From assembly GCA_028023455.1 (NCBI GenBank), contig JAQFVV010000002.1, forward strand, positions 14,012,001-14,076,000: DNA of 64,000 nt, in the 5' to 3' direction. Shown in pieces: positions 10,854-24,999 of this stretch. The first letter of the stretch is position 1; every line of letters starts with the position of its first letter. Source of the DNA: Epiperipatus broadwayi (Eukaryota > Animalia > Onychophora). A program made the translations under genes and the position numbers. The notes beneath the pieces are model-generated. The model was not told where the DNA came from and ran no database searches. It worked only from the letters and a program-made list of their open reading frames with translations.

Positions 10854-13800
10854 ATGCAAAACTACAGAGACAAAAATTATTAAGAAAAACAATATTCACA
10901 ATTGATATTCCTAATCTTCAGAAACATTCCAATGAATTTAAATTAGAACTTAAAAATTGTTTTCAAATATTAACAGATTTTGAACATGATTCAAATTTGA
11001 ACGAAATTAATAAGAAGATAACTGATACACTTACAAAAACTGCAACAAAGATAGCTGGTACAAAAAAAAAAAACAGCAATTGACTAGTAAAATTTCTATT
11101 GAGACAATTTATAAAGAAAAAAAGGAATATGAAACCATATAAAAATGATGTATTAATAAGGATTGAATATCTTGAATTTTTAAAATGGTGTGAAAAATAT
11201 TTGGTAATGATATAAGAAAGTATAATTGTGAACTAGTAAAGAAAGTTATAGAAAAGAATAAAAGTCTCAAGAGTGTAAAACAACATTTTGGTATTGGTAG
11301 GATACTTATTTCTGCATTAAGAAAAAAATGATGGAACTATTACTAAAAAGAGAGATGACATTATGAAATATATAGAAGAGTTCTATCAAGAATTATATAA
11401 CAATAAAGAAGAAAGAAAAGTACCACCTACAATTACTATATCTTATGAATTGTCTCAAATGAAGTGAGATATGCAATTAAATTTATGAAGAAGAGAAAAG
11501 CTCGAGGTAATTATGGAATTATAATCGATATCTTAAAAGAAGCAAGAGAAGAAATAAATATTTTTTTTGACAAGGTTATACACCAAATGTCTAAATGATA
11601 AAGGTGTACCAGATGAATTGGAAGATTGCAGTACTAATATTAATATTTAAAAAGGTGATAAAGAAGATATTACAAATTATAGATCTGTCAATCTTTTATC
11701 AGTTCTATGCAAAATTTTTATCAAAATAATTACAACTCGTTCATTAACCAACCTAAAAGAACAAACTGAATTTAAAAATGGTTTTAGTACAATTGATCAT
11801 ATCCAAGTATTGAGAGAAGTTATAGAAAAGGCCAATGAATATGAGTTGCCACTATGCTTCGGATTTGTAGACTATGAAAAAGCATTTGATTATAAGCATT
11901 TCAGTAATTAAAGCATTGGATACTAGCATATTCTGAAGACTACATATAAAAATGTAAGAGCAACAATTAGATTACTTAATGATATTAAAAAATTAACATT
12001 GAGAAGAGTGATTCTATATCTCCAACATTTTTTACAGCAATTTTGCAAGAAGTATTTTGTGGATTAAAATGGAAAGATAAGGAAATGAAAATAAATGGAG
12101 ATTACTTAAGTCATCTAGATTTTGCAAATAATGTTTTAGAGTTTCAGGAAATACTGCAAGAGTTGTCAGATGAAAGTAAGAAAGTAGGACTAAAGGTAAA
12201 TGTCAAAAAGACTAAAGTTATATTCAATGGATTTTCTCAAAAGATGAAAATAAAGATTGATAATGATGAGTTGGAAGTTAATGACTACAAATGTCTTGGT
12301 CAGATTATTACCCCAGATGGAAACATAATGGATGAAATTAATCATAGAATTAAACTTGGTTGGAGTGCTTTTGGTAGAAATGATTTAATATTAAATTGGA
12401 AAGGTACCATGTTTGAACAGGAAGGTTTTTAATAAATGTGTGTTATCAGTTCTTATTTATGGATCTGAGACTTGAATACTTAATAGAAGAGCAATACAAA
12501 GACTTCGGATCATTGAAATAAGTGTGAAGAGCTTCATTTTAGTATTAACAAGAAGAGATCAAAAACGAAATACATGGGTGAGAGAACAAACAGGTATAAC
12601 TGATGATATCATTGAAAGAATTAAAAGATGGAAGTGAAGTTGGGCTGGACATATTGCTAGAAGAGATGGTAATAGATGGATAGTTGAAATCTTAAATATT
12701 TGGTTAAAAATTAATATTTGTTTATTTAAATAGAAATGCATATTTTTTTTTATTATAATTGAGTGAAAATACGTAAGCAAAATGGATTTCAAAAGACTGT
12801 AAAGACCTAGAAAGAAATCACATGTGAGATGGATGGATGAAATAAGAAAGTATGCTGGTATGATGTGGAGAAGAGAGGCTAGAGAACGGAAAAGATGGCT
12901 TGAACTTAGAGAGACCATCTTGCAATGGATCAATAATGGTTGAAAATAATGATGATGATGACATCTAATATCAAGATTTGCATACTTAATAATCATCATT
13001 CAGTGAATAGACAGATGAGCACAGTAATCAAGCGAGAGATTGTTTTTTTTTTACCTCCACTTTGATATAAATAAATCATTGAATACATTTGTTTTAATTT
13101 AATGAAAGCATTCAAAGTTATAATGCAATATTTTATTAATTTTATTATTATTAAAATAAAATAATAAAGATAAAGAAACAGATAAGCATTTACTCACATA
13201 AATTTATTGATATTGGAAAATCTTCAATCTAAATTGATGCAAAAGAAGTTAAAATTTTTAAATGATTTTATCAAAGGGATTAGAAAAACACTTATTATTA
13301 AACAAGAACTAATTTGCTTTGGGGCAGAAAAACTATACTGTAAGAGATAAAAACAAATGAAACCACCTCACTTTGATAATAAAGGTTAAAAAGATGAGAA
13401 AACAATATTCTTTATATGCACAAATAATATAAATTTACTTTTTTACCCCCAATTACATTTTTTTTTTTTTAAAAAAAAAAAAATGTTTTTCAATAAATTA
13501 CCATATAATTTTTGACTAATTATTGCAGTATAATAATTCTTTTCAAGTTTTTTTTTTATTATTATCTTTCTTTAATTTGGAAATTTGATTAATCTGATAT
13601 TTTTTGGAATTGAGATTTCTGCATTAAGAGTTCAATCTACAACAAATGATGCTTTAAAGAAAACGTTTACTTGAATATCAGTTAAAGAATTAATAAGAGT
13701 AAAAATTTTAAAAACCTTAATATTATATAGTGATATTTTATTGAACGATTTACAATTAAATTGTATGATCTTTATAAATATAAAAAAATTATAATTTTTA

Positions 13801-14249
13801 AAAGCAAATAATTTTATTATTAGACTATTTGTCAATTTATAATTTATTGCGTGCTCTATAAAAACATTGCATCTACCATGCTGTTGTGGGCATTTGCTGG
13901 AAAGATGTTTCAGTATGTCATAATAATTGTGTTTTGTTTTTTTTTAAAAAATATATATATACATGTTTAGAACTTTAGGTTTTTTAAAAATTCATGTGTA
14001 GTATTTTAAATAAATGTTTCTCAAACTTGTCAAACTAATATAATGTCAATTCAATTTTTTACTGCTTATGTTTGGAATAAATAATTGATGCTTGAAAATG
14101 AATGCATTAAGCAGCAGATAGTGTCAATATGAAATAATTTATGATTTGATGAGTGCTATTTCAGATAATTATTATCTTATAAATGATTACTTATAGATTG
14201 GCATATGTCTTCAACTTTAAAAGGAATATGCTATTATTAGAATAATGCC

Positions 14250-15430
14250 TATTACATATATTAGACCCTATCAAATTATAATATTTGGTACTCAACTTAT
14301 AGCTAAAGACGCCGTTCTATGGTGTGGATTTCGCGCTAAAACACATAAAAATGCTGTTTCCGCGGCCGACACGTTCGAACCCGCGTTTTCTATAATACAA
14401 CTTTTTTGTTGTGCTACAGAATGCAGGCCGCTATGTCGTGCTGCAGTACAGCATGTATGTCGCTAAGCAGCAATTACATTTTCCGATTTCGCACAGTTTA
14501 TAAAATAATTACGGCTTGATGAGAGAGTTTGTATTTGAATTATATTGAAATATTGTTTTCATTGGATTTTTTTTTATTTTAAACTATTGAAATGTTCAGA
14601 TTTTTTAAAACAATAATTATAAGAATTTTTACAACGTACTGTATTGAACTTTTATTTGGGTAAATGTTAAATATCTATGTTTTTATTGAGTTGCAATTAG
14701 GTAACGTGTCAAGTAATGTACTGTTAGTAACATTCCACGAGACAAAGAAGATTCTACCATCTGTATATTTTTGAAGTAAAAAAGAGCAGTACGAAAAAAA
14801 TATCCTGTAAGAAAAGTCCAAATATACAGTTTTTTTTGTAAATTTATTAAAAAGCAAATATTATAAACATGTTTAATAAGTAAAGAAGACATTTGTATGT
14901 GTTTGTTGTTGTTTAAAAAAGTTTGAGTTTCTTACTTCTGTCCGAGTACGCGTACGATTTTTAATTTTTTAATTTTAGCATTACAAACAAACAGAACACT
15001 AAAACTAAGCCTAAATCTAACCGTAACAACTTTTACTTTTATTACGATTATTATTTTTTTAGTTAAACAACAAAAAAAGTCGTAACACAAGTAAAAAAAT
15101 ATCTGATAGAAAATTGATAAAAAAAAAAGCCGTAACACAAGTAAAAAAAATATCCGATAGAAAATTGATAAAAAAAAGCCGTAACACAATTTAAAAAGTA
15201 TACGATATAAAAAACACGAATCAAATTGTAATTTGTTGATTTTATTTTACATTTATTATTATCATTTGAATTGTATACGTTAATAAAAAATAATATTTAA
15301 AAAAGACGATTTTGTTTTGTTTTTATTTTTGCATTACAAAAAAGCACAGAATAATTATTAAAATCAACGGCCCTTGAATGTTCATATTTTATAGTTTTAG
15401 CGTGAAAATGGCGCCATAATATTTTATGTC
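14250..15430. mobile_element. CpG-retaining unclassified repeat, probably a non-autonomous DNA element
   Basis: Imperfect inverted repeats at 14318-14350 and 15387-15418; ~55-bp tandem units at 15073-15189; no TSD resolved. Confidence 0.45.
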
Positions 15431-16919
15431 AAAGATGTAGCCTACTTGGTATTTTTTCTTGAAATGAAATTATGTGTTGTAGTTTGCAAATGAAATTATT
15501 TGTTGTATATGTATATAAAAAGAAACTCTCCATTATTTGTAGTTGATTACATAAAAAAGACATTAGATAAGGAATTTATTAATAATAATGACTAAATTTT
15601 TTTAGCACACTATTGGGATTGCAACAACACACACATACAAAAAATTTAGTAACTACATTTATACATTCAATATATCCTAGTATTTATATTTTTCTTAAAT
15701 GTTTAATTTTTTTTAAATATGAAAACAAACAACTGAAACAGTTTTATTTCTGGATTTAAAAACAAAAAAAAAAAATCTGTATTGCATATTTTTAAGTTCT
15801 TTTTTTTTTTTAAAAAAAAAAAAGAAAATTTTTATTAATATCTTTAATTTTAAATACAGAAAGTATTTAATGTAATCAAAAATTCAATTAAATATAAACA
15901 ACAACCATCTATGTATTGTGTACTTATTTTATATTTGTATGTTTGAATTGTAACCCACTGGTCATTCTCAGTCAAATTGTATCTAATGATTATAGTAGAA
16001 TAAGAGATTAATGGATATAATCTAAACATGTTGATGAAGATTGAAATATGTAAACAGATATTTAATAGGTAGGTTTTGAAATTTAAAATATACTTTTTTC
16101 AATATCAAGTGATGTTTGATTAACATTTGTATTTAACAATAAATAATATCAGTCTTTTTTCTTTTTAAACAGAGCAAAATAAAAAGCAAAGATTAAATAA
16201 ATATTTATTTACATTTGAAGTGAGTGTGATTCAAAATGATTTTATTTATTGTTTATTTCTGTTAATATAAAGAATTTGTTAGTGAAAAAAAAAAGAGGCA
16301 TTTTTATATATTTATTGGAGGTTAAACGAAGCTAATGCACTAATATTCCATCTTTCTTTTCAATTGTCTAAACTAAGATTTTTTTTCTAGCAAATGGGGG
16401 AAGGTTGTGGACAGAACAAATATTAAATGAATTTTTCTTATTTAATTTTATTACTTAAGATTAAAGAATTTGCATAATATTAAATGATGTGTTAAAACTG
16501 TTAGATAAAAAAAGCAATACAAATGGTATTATATTTGCCATAAAATAAAAAATCTCTAAAGCTTTGCTATATTCTTGTAGATAGAAATGTTTGTTTTTAA
16601 ATCATTTCACGCATTGTTTTTATTCTTGATAATGTTGTTTTTTTTTCTTTTGGTGGAATTTTTCTCAGAACTACTATCCATTATATGAGATTATGACTAT
16701 TTATATCTGATTTTATTATGCTACAAAAGAGAGATCAAAATATTGTTCTTTTATATTACAACATCATATTTCTAAGAGCAAATTAATATAATCCCTAGAT
16801 CTGGCTTATCAATCTGAGAATTGTAGAAATATTTGAAAATTTTATGTTATCCAGAAGTATATTTTTATGATGATTATATATTATAAAATATTTATTATAT
16901 TAGAGCAGCTTTCGATATA

Positions 16920-16983
16920 TTAATCCTAATATCATACTCGTAGCAAAAACCAGTCATTGCTATGAGTATGATATCAGGATTAA
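16920..16983. repeat. 64-nt TTAA-bounded hairpin (27-bp stem)
   Basis: ttaatcctaatatcatactcgtagcaa / ttgctatgagtatgatatcaggattaa with a 10-nt loop. Confidence 0.85.
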
Positions 16984-19900
16984 GATTAACCAATGTGATG
17001 ATGATGATTTATTACTTAAAGGTACAAGTATTCCCAAAAGTATTATTATTTTTTGCAGTTTCAGTAAAAAGAAACTCAAAGGTGTCAAACCTTCTACAAT
17101 GAAAGTTTACTCTTGGAAAACTTAAAGGAATGATCAACATCAATTATTATTGTCATCCTAGCATGTTCCCCAGTGGATTGCATGATTTTTCAAGACTGGA
17201 TATTAATTAGCATATGTGTGTGAAACAAACTAACTGGACTAATAAAAAAAAATTAACAATTTATTAATAATGAATAAATAAAATTGTTGTGTATATACAT
17301 ATACACAAAATGTTAACTAGCATAGTAGTGAAAGATGTTTTAAGTTTAAGACCATATAGTATTTATCGTGATAAGATCTCACCACGTTAAATATTGAAAC
17401 AGTTACAAACCATGGTTTTTGTTGATATCCATTCTTTTAATATTTTACTGTGATCTTCATTAGTCCCTCCGGCAATTGGTACTAGTAACATTATGTTAGG
17501 TATAATATCAGTAGGTCTTGGATAATTTATATAGCACTGCTCATTTCTTCCTTTACAGGATTATAGAGGTGTTTCCTGGCTGGTTTTGAAAACTTCAGTG
17601 TTTTTTTTCTGGATCTGACTGCATTTTCCGGGTATTTTGATTGATGTGGTTTTTCTTTTGCCTAGCCACACATTGTAAAATTCTTGTATTAGATAAAGTC
17701 ATCATATTGACTGTTAAGACCAGATTATTGAAAAATACTTGTAAAAAGTCTATAAAATACAGCTATTCAAATTACAGGAAAAAAGTTCTTAATCTGGTTA
17801 TTTCTCTACTCATCATGGATCACTGCAACACTTCTCCAAAAATAAATGACACTGGATTGCAGAGAAATTTGAAATCGGAATGCTAGACTTCTGGAATTAG
17901 AATAAGAATGCCTAGTTTCTTATTTCAGACATATTTATACCAATTTGATGTTCAAACATCATATATGTCACTAGCTAGGAAAACTATGATCTTTGTGTCA
18001 TTACAACAATATATTTTTTGAAAAATACCCTCTTTACTCTCTTCAAAACATGTTGTGGATAGAAAATTTTACATACATTATATCATGATTTTATATATAA
18101 ATAAGAAGAGAAAAATTTTTTATTTTTATTTTCTTTCTCTATTTATATTTCGTAACATAGGAAGAAAGGAAAATTGATTGCCGACTTTTAATTTTAAACT
18201 CAATAATTTATCTATTTTTATTAATTCCAAAACTTCAATATTATTTTCAAATCCACCATCAGATTTCTATAAAACTGTGTGAGATTTTATTTAAAACAAA
18301 ATTTGAAATACGTAAACTAAAATACTTAAAAAATGCTTTGGACTCCTATAAACTATACAATTTAAATTTTTTTACCATATCAAAAGGTTTTTTTTTCTTC
18401 CTTTACAGGGTAATTTATCATTTGGTTTCTCACATATTACAAAATAAATATTTACTAATCTTTAATAATATGCATAAATTAATTTTTCTTTTAACCTTTA
18501 GGCAGTTTACATTTTTATTTCTTAAGTGACACGTATATTCACACACACAAATGCAGTTTGCATATTTATTAATCAATTCATATGAGTTTTTATTAAACTT
18601 TTTTTTTCTCTCTCTGCAGCGGATTTGTTCTGTAGCTACAATATGTATATTATTATGTTGATTTTTTGAGGTAAAATAAATGCTATAATTCGAAAAACTT
18701 ACTACAGTATTTTAATCTTTATCTATATTTAAATTACACATAAACTAAAATATATATATATATAAATACATATGGGTATGTTTATGCATATATTAATTAA
18801 TGCATTGAGTTAATATATTCTTGCCATAAAATGTCTAATTTAAATATTCATTTGTTATTGGTAGCAATTACAGGTAGTCTCCTACACAGACATGAGATCA
18901 ATTATGGCATAGATTAAAAAAAAAAAATTACAATATTTTTCATTAAGCTATATATTTATAAATGCTAAATAACTATAAAGCATTCTATTATATCTTTCAG
19001 TAATTTAATAATTAAGTTTAGCATAAAAAAGCAGTGAGAGAAAATAATTTTTAGAGATAGACTACAAAGTTTGAGAGAGAAAATAATGTAATATTTGATT
19101 ACTGTGATTAATAAACATAATGTCACTTTTTACTTAGTGTGAGAAAAATTCAATTAATGTGAGCAAGAATGCAAATTAGTTTTATCAATAAGAGTTATTT
19201 AGTTCACCATGTAATCTGTTAACATATATTATTTCTAATAAATAACATATTATTGCACACTCAATCTCCTTCATTCATATTCCATTTTCAGTTTTCTTTT
19301 TATGTGTGTTTTTTTTTAAAATGCTTTCAACCAAAATAGATAAAAGGTAAAATATTTTGGTTATACCAATAGCAAAAAAGATTTGTGATTACATTAGAAC
19401 AAAAAAAAAAAAACTTGCAGAAATATAAAGTATTTTGTATCTATAAGCATATGTTTTTTGATTTGAAAAAAAATAACTGTTTTTTCTATGTAATAATATA
19501 TTTTTAATATTATTTTTTTGTTGTTATTGTTGATTATTATATTTTTTTATTCAAAATAAAACCTGAAAGTGTATAATCTGTTTTTGTCTTTTGCTCTTAT
19601 ATGGTGATGATAAACAAATAAAAAGATTTAAAAATGGGTATCTATATTATCAGAAGTGGAATTAATTACTATACATAGCTTATAAGTTTGAGTAATGCAA
19701 ATTTGAATGATACTCCTTTTTCTCAAAATATTTTCTCATTAAAGAAAAAAGGGAGGACATAATTCTTTTATATATTACTAGAAAAGTAACTTATTTCCAA
19801 ATTAAATAAAAATTCAATTTAATAATATAAGAACGAAAAGATATTCCTTGCATCACTAGAACGGAATAAACTACCTTAACTTATTAAATTGTTAATCACA

Positions 19901-22075
19901 TACCATCTATTATTTTTAAAAAAATGTTTTTTTAACTTAATAATTAATATACAAATGCTTTATAAAAACATTTTTAATATGGTAATTACTTAAATATATT
20001 CATTCAAAGAAGATCACAGTGGTTAAGAGTCTGATTTTATGTTTAATTTGTGCATAAATCACATGTGAAGTAGATTACTTACATAAAAATAGGGCTTGGC
20101 TTAAAGTAAGTCAGGATAGTGATATTATTTGATTCCACTTCCAAGAAAATTGGAAAAACAAATGATGAGGCAAATTCATTTTTTAAATATAAATATAAAA
20201 ATTAAAAAAAAAAAAGCAATAAAAAGTAAACTACAATTGTGAATTATAATGATATATATATTTCTAATTACTAAATGAGGCAAATTAGACTCACAAACCA
20301 TCACTAAACTTATTAATTGATAACCAAAGAAAATATATGAATTTTAATTATATGTAATAAATAATGAACATTTGTTTGAAAAATTGGAATCTTTTAAAGG
20401 GAAGTGTTATACAGATTATAAAATAATTTCAGTTTTTAAATCTTTTAAATCAAGTATTCATTGCAGAAATAAAACTTTTTTTGAATAGATTAATTATTGA
20501 AAAATATATTACACACATATATAAGTAATTATAGAACACGCTTTATAGAATCAAATAAATTTTTTACTTTTTATAAAAGTATTTTATTTTTTCACTTTAT
20601 CTTGTAAAACAATCCAATTGTTTGATCCTGTTCAGAAAATGAATTATAATCATTCTGGATATATGCAAGGATTCATATTTTCTTGCATATGTAATCAATT
20701 TTGCTCATGAGTTATGAAGACAGACAAATTGTTTCTATAATTTTTATCTTATATTTGTGTGCATTTGAAACGTTTAAAGTTTAACAGATTTAATTTTTGA
20801 TATGAGATGTAAATTAGAAAGAACAGGCTTATTGTTCTGATAATTCATAAAGATAATTTTAACTTTCTACATATTTGTAATGGGATTCAGAACTAGCAGA
20901 TGTGGTGAGGTATTAGTTTTCTATATTGCATTGAAAAGGCTAGAATATTGAAACGGATAAATGGAAGACGTTGCCTAATAAAATAAATGATTCCAGAGAG
21001 CTTGTGTTTTTTGCTAATTACTTTCATGTATATGCTTTTTTTTAATGATTTTATTTATTGGAACAAAGTACATAATGCATGCATATTTTATATCTAACAA
21101 AAGTTAGAATTTTGAGAGGAAGAATGAAAAATATGACTATTTAATATCATTCTCTTGAAGTAGCTTTGATTTTTGTATTGCAAATACGATAACTTTTTCT
21201 GCCTTGGAAGTGGAAGCAGCCAGAAAATGTAATCTAAAAATGGTTTGCCTCACAAAATCTGGTAGATTGTCCTACCTAGCAGATTATTCTATGCAGCAGC
21301 AAAATTAATAATAAGATCGGTGACCGTGATAAAGCAATTGACAGTGATAGTACTAAAGATAAGTATTATAAATTAATTTTTTCTTAAATATAATAAGTAC
21401 AGGAAATGTACAAACCTTACTTGAAATGCAAAATCTTCAACATCACAGTGGAGGATTGCACTAGTGGCTAAAGAATTGTCAAGATTTATGAATTATGTAG
21501 TTACTCTTAGTGAAACATGCCTTTTAGAGAAAGGCTGTTTAACAAATGGATAGCTAGAATTTTTTTTTGTAAGGACATATTAATCAGTGAAAGGAGATTG
21601 CACGGTGTTAGGGTTGCTGTATAGTCTAATTCAGAGATTGGCAAATTGCAGCTCATGAACCAAATATGGTTTTTTGATCCCAATCTCATAGCTCTTTTTA
21701 TCATGATAAACAACCAAATTTTTATTTTTTTTTGTAAAATATAATTAGATATTTTGATAATTCTAGGAGGGGAAAAATGCACATTACAATGTTGTTTTTT
21801 GAATTCAGTCTTGATATAAAATACTCATTGTTGTATATGATGAATATTTAAATATTAGAACTTTTTGAATAAATCAAACTGATAATTTTTTTGTTTTTAA
21901 TTATTTATTTTTAAGAAAATTTTAATTTTTGTTAGGATATATGCAGATTTTATTATGTTCTGTTACTAAAATAAATGTTCAATTTATCCATAACCACTCA
22001 GAAAAGCATATTTGAACATATTTTTTCACCTGTTTCTCTGTGGCTCTTTAATAAGGAGGAGGTAATTAAACACAA

Positions 22076-22110
22076 TGGCTCTTCATGTTAAAAAGTTTGC
22101 CAACCTCTGG
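22076..22110 (-). mobile_element. Isolated hAT (Charlie-like) terminus
   Basis: Minus strand CCAGAGGTTGGCAAACTTTTT..AAGAGCCA, a typical Charlie-type end; partner end not found. Confidence 0.45.
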
Positions 22111-22912
22111 TCTAATTTAATATCTTCTCTTATTGCACAGTCTCATTGTGAGACTGAATGGCTAAGATGTGAAAATTTGCCTTGCTTATTTGTATTAGTG
22201 CCGTTGCTCCAATCTTAGATTTAGAAAACTCGGAGAAAGCTTTTATTTCTGCTAGATAGCATTATTATAGAGTTACGAACTATCATATATTTTGTTCCAA
22301 ACCCTCCTTGTGTATATATATATATATAGTTTATAATGGCTCATGTTTTGTAAATGTGTTGCGTATTTTTCAACATGTACATATATTTTTTATATGTATA
22401 GTATTTGTCTATAAATTAAGATTTTAGTATAAATAAAATTTTAAAATTATTAATAATAAATTGAAGGAGTATATTTTAATATATTTTACTACGTGTTCAT
22501 TAACTTATTCACTGAAACAGTAAGAATAAGAATAAAGTAGCTCCCATATTTTTATTTTTTAAATAAAGAAATAACAAAATGTCTGACATGCTCTGGGGAT
22601 ATTCTTGTTTTTTTTTTTCCAACAATCTTTTGAGTGGTTTTGTTATCAAGAAATTTTTTCTAAATGTTTTGATGTTTTTAAATTCGTATAAAGTTTTAGT
22701 ATGTTTTAAAATTTTGTAAAGTTTTTAGCATTAAGCTTAGAAAACATTTTAGCATGCAATCTACTATATATCAAATTTGAAAATGATAATAAAGAAAAAT
22801 TAAAATTTTTGTGGTTTCAACATAAACCAAATTATTGATAAGTATGATTGCATACAGCAGGCAAATGTTTTCCAAATTTTAATTCTTTTTTTTTTAAAGT
22901 GATTGTCTATGT

Positions 22913-24055
22913 CAGTGGTCTTCAACTCTTGGTCCGCAGACCGGCTCCGGTCCGCAGAAGATTTTTGCCGGTCCGCGCTAGACTGGCAGGAAAATTTGTA
23001 ATAACAAAATAATAAGACTTTAAACATTTAATTAATATAAACAATTTTTATTTATTTTTTTCATCGCAATTGCTTAAATAAAATTAATTGTAAATCAAGA
23101 TTTTATTTAAATTATTAGATAATACTATAATTATTAAATAATAACCAAAGAAATTTATCTGAAAATGCAATCTTTAAAAGACAAACCGTCAATCTCATGA
23201 TAATTGTACCATTCCTTACACGTCAATTTCTATACCTAGTAGGCATTTCTATATTGCGTCAGCTCATTTCTTGGTCACATATAGCAAAATTTTTTATTGC
23301 ATTTGTATTACCTTTTTATTTTGTGTGTGACATTTCTTTTTGAAATTGTAAACTTCAGAAAATGGAGACAGATCATTGATGATGATTTTCCTTCATCAAG
23401 AACGTAAATCTATTATCTTTTTTTTTTTTTTTTTTAGCAAAATGACGTCTTTATAATGATTGTTTAATTTCTATGTGAGAGTTTACAAAAACAACTTTTT
23501 GTTCTGATTGTTTTATTTCTATGTGAGACTTTACAAAAAGAACTTTTCGTTCTGCTTTTTTTTAATTGGGTGAAAATGAGATTAAAATAACACCAGATTA
23601 AAATTAAAAAAAAAAAAAGCAAGTTTTTTATTATACAAACTCCTTTATATATATAACTTCATCTTGTATATTTAACATTGAATACAGATATTACATTTAT
23701 CATAATCATTGTCATGTAATTACACTAGTTGTGATATTTCCCAACATTCAGGTGAATAACATTTTATTTTTGCATTATTTAACAATGAAATAATAAACGT
23801 AGCAATGCGGGCACATTAGTGAGAATGTACTGTTTTCTGTAACAGTATGACTGCGCAACTAGAGAGTGTTCAGCATGTGAAGGTAAGTAACACTATTACA
23901 ATAGTGTGTTGTTTTGGTCAGTTATAACAATTATGCTCATCTAATGCTAAGCAGTTTAAATCTTTAAGAAAAGTTATCTATAGACTTCTGCCGGTCCGTG
24001 AAATCTTATCCTTATTTTTGCCGGTCCGCAGGTGTGTAAAGATTGAAGACCACTG
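22913..24055. mobile_element. 1,143-bp non-autonomous hAT transposon
   Basis: 13-bp perfect TIR CAGTGGTCTTCAA; perfect 8-bp TSD GTCTATGT (22905-22912, 24056-24063); subterminal GGTCCG motifs at both ends; internal ~48-bp tandem duplication near 23460-23555. Confidence 0.93.
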
Positions 24056-24842
24056 GTCTATGTCATTCACAGATGAAAAAATTGTTACACATTGTAAAAT
24101 GTATTAAATTTACATATTTTAATTCCTTTTTTTTGTTTGTTTGTTTATTTACATTTTTGTTTGTTTACATTTTTTATTGGATAGTATAATTGAAGTCATG
24201 TACTTTGATATAAAGCATAGTTCACAGTTTCACCATACCATTAAAAGATCAATTTTTTTCTTCTTGGAAACTTTAATGCATGTGCTGGCATAAATAGACT
24301 TGTTTGCTGTTATTGAATTTTTGCACAATACCTGGTTATTCTATCTCAAATACTGTTTAAGCAGAAAAACCATTCTAAAAACATGTATGCATCCATGCTC
24401 TAAACAATAGTGTTTAATATACATTATATTTATAAATCAGACTATATGAATTCATATTACATGAGCACTTATAAGTGCAGATTGTTGGACAGATAGTAAA
24501 TTAGTAGATTCCAAGTTTAAAATGATATAGATTCTAAAAAAAAATTGAATTTTAAAATGATAGATGTATTAAAGAACTAGATCTTATTCCATTCATATTC
24601 ACAAAAAAATTGATGCTTGCTCTTTAAAAGCATTTATTATACACTAAATTTCAACAAGTATTAAAACAATAAAATTGCTAGTATGGATCTCCAAGATTGT
24701 CATATTACTGAAGTATGGAATTCTTTTTAAGAAATGTTATGGGCACAAGAATGTTGAGTACAAATAAAACTATTTTTAGGATTTACTAATAATTTGATTA
24801 AAAGAAAATATGGCATTTTCTGCTTGGAAGAATGATAGATTA

Positions 24843-24953
24843 GTCTTGCATTGATGGTCGAGAGGTCAGCCCGACTGCCTTGCACTTGCAGGCAATTGCC
24901 CGGGTTGCGGGTTCGCGTCCCGGCCGATGCTATGACACTTAAAAAAAAAAAAA
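24843..24953 (+). mobile_element. 111-bp tRNA-derived retroposon (very short SINE or retroposed tRNA-like RNA)
   Basis: A box TGGTCGAGAGG; B box GGTTCGCGTCC; 83-nt tRNA-like body 24848-24930; poly(A); perfect 15-bp TSD AAGAATGATAGATTA (24828-24842, 24954-24968). Confidence 0.9.
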
Positions 24954-24999
24954 AAGAATGATAGATTAAATGTGGACCTACATAATAAAGATCTGAAGG

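Larger units (their letters stand above)
7730..12962 (+). mobile_element. RTE-clade LINE, degenerate (APE + RT), interrupted by two insertions
   Basis: APE motifs IQIY/PT..DEEVEDFY..IVTGDFNARIG and SDHQLVRC; RT motifs GFSTIDHIQVLREVIEKANEY..FVDYEKAFD and GDYLSHLDFANN; C-terminal WAGHIARR; (TGA)n tail ending near 12960. The 5' boundary is approximate. Confidence 0.9.

Noticed and set aside
7776-12971. ATCTAATAT at 7776-7784 and 12963-12971 as the RTE TSD
   Set aside because: The left copy lies inside APE-like coding sequence (ELKELSNIR*DSMG) that continues upstream, so it is probably coincidental.
12559-12999. 146-aa minus-strand ORF
   Set aside because: Antisense shadow of the RTE 3' region.
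15073-15189. Repeat-spacer-like array
   Set aside because: Simple tandem units without unique spacers, no cas genes, eukaryotic context; not CRISPR.
7373-17130. Shared ~25-mer ctcttggaaa(t/a)cttaaaggaatga near 7373 and 17108 as Kolobok ends
   Set aside because: Same orientation, no partner TIRs; probably fragments of an unidentified repeat.
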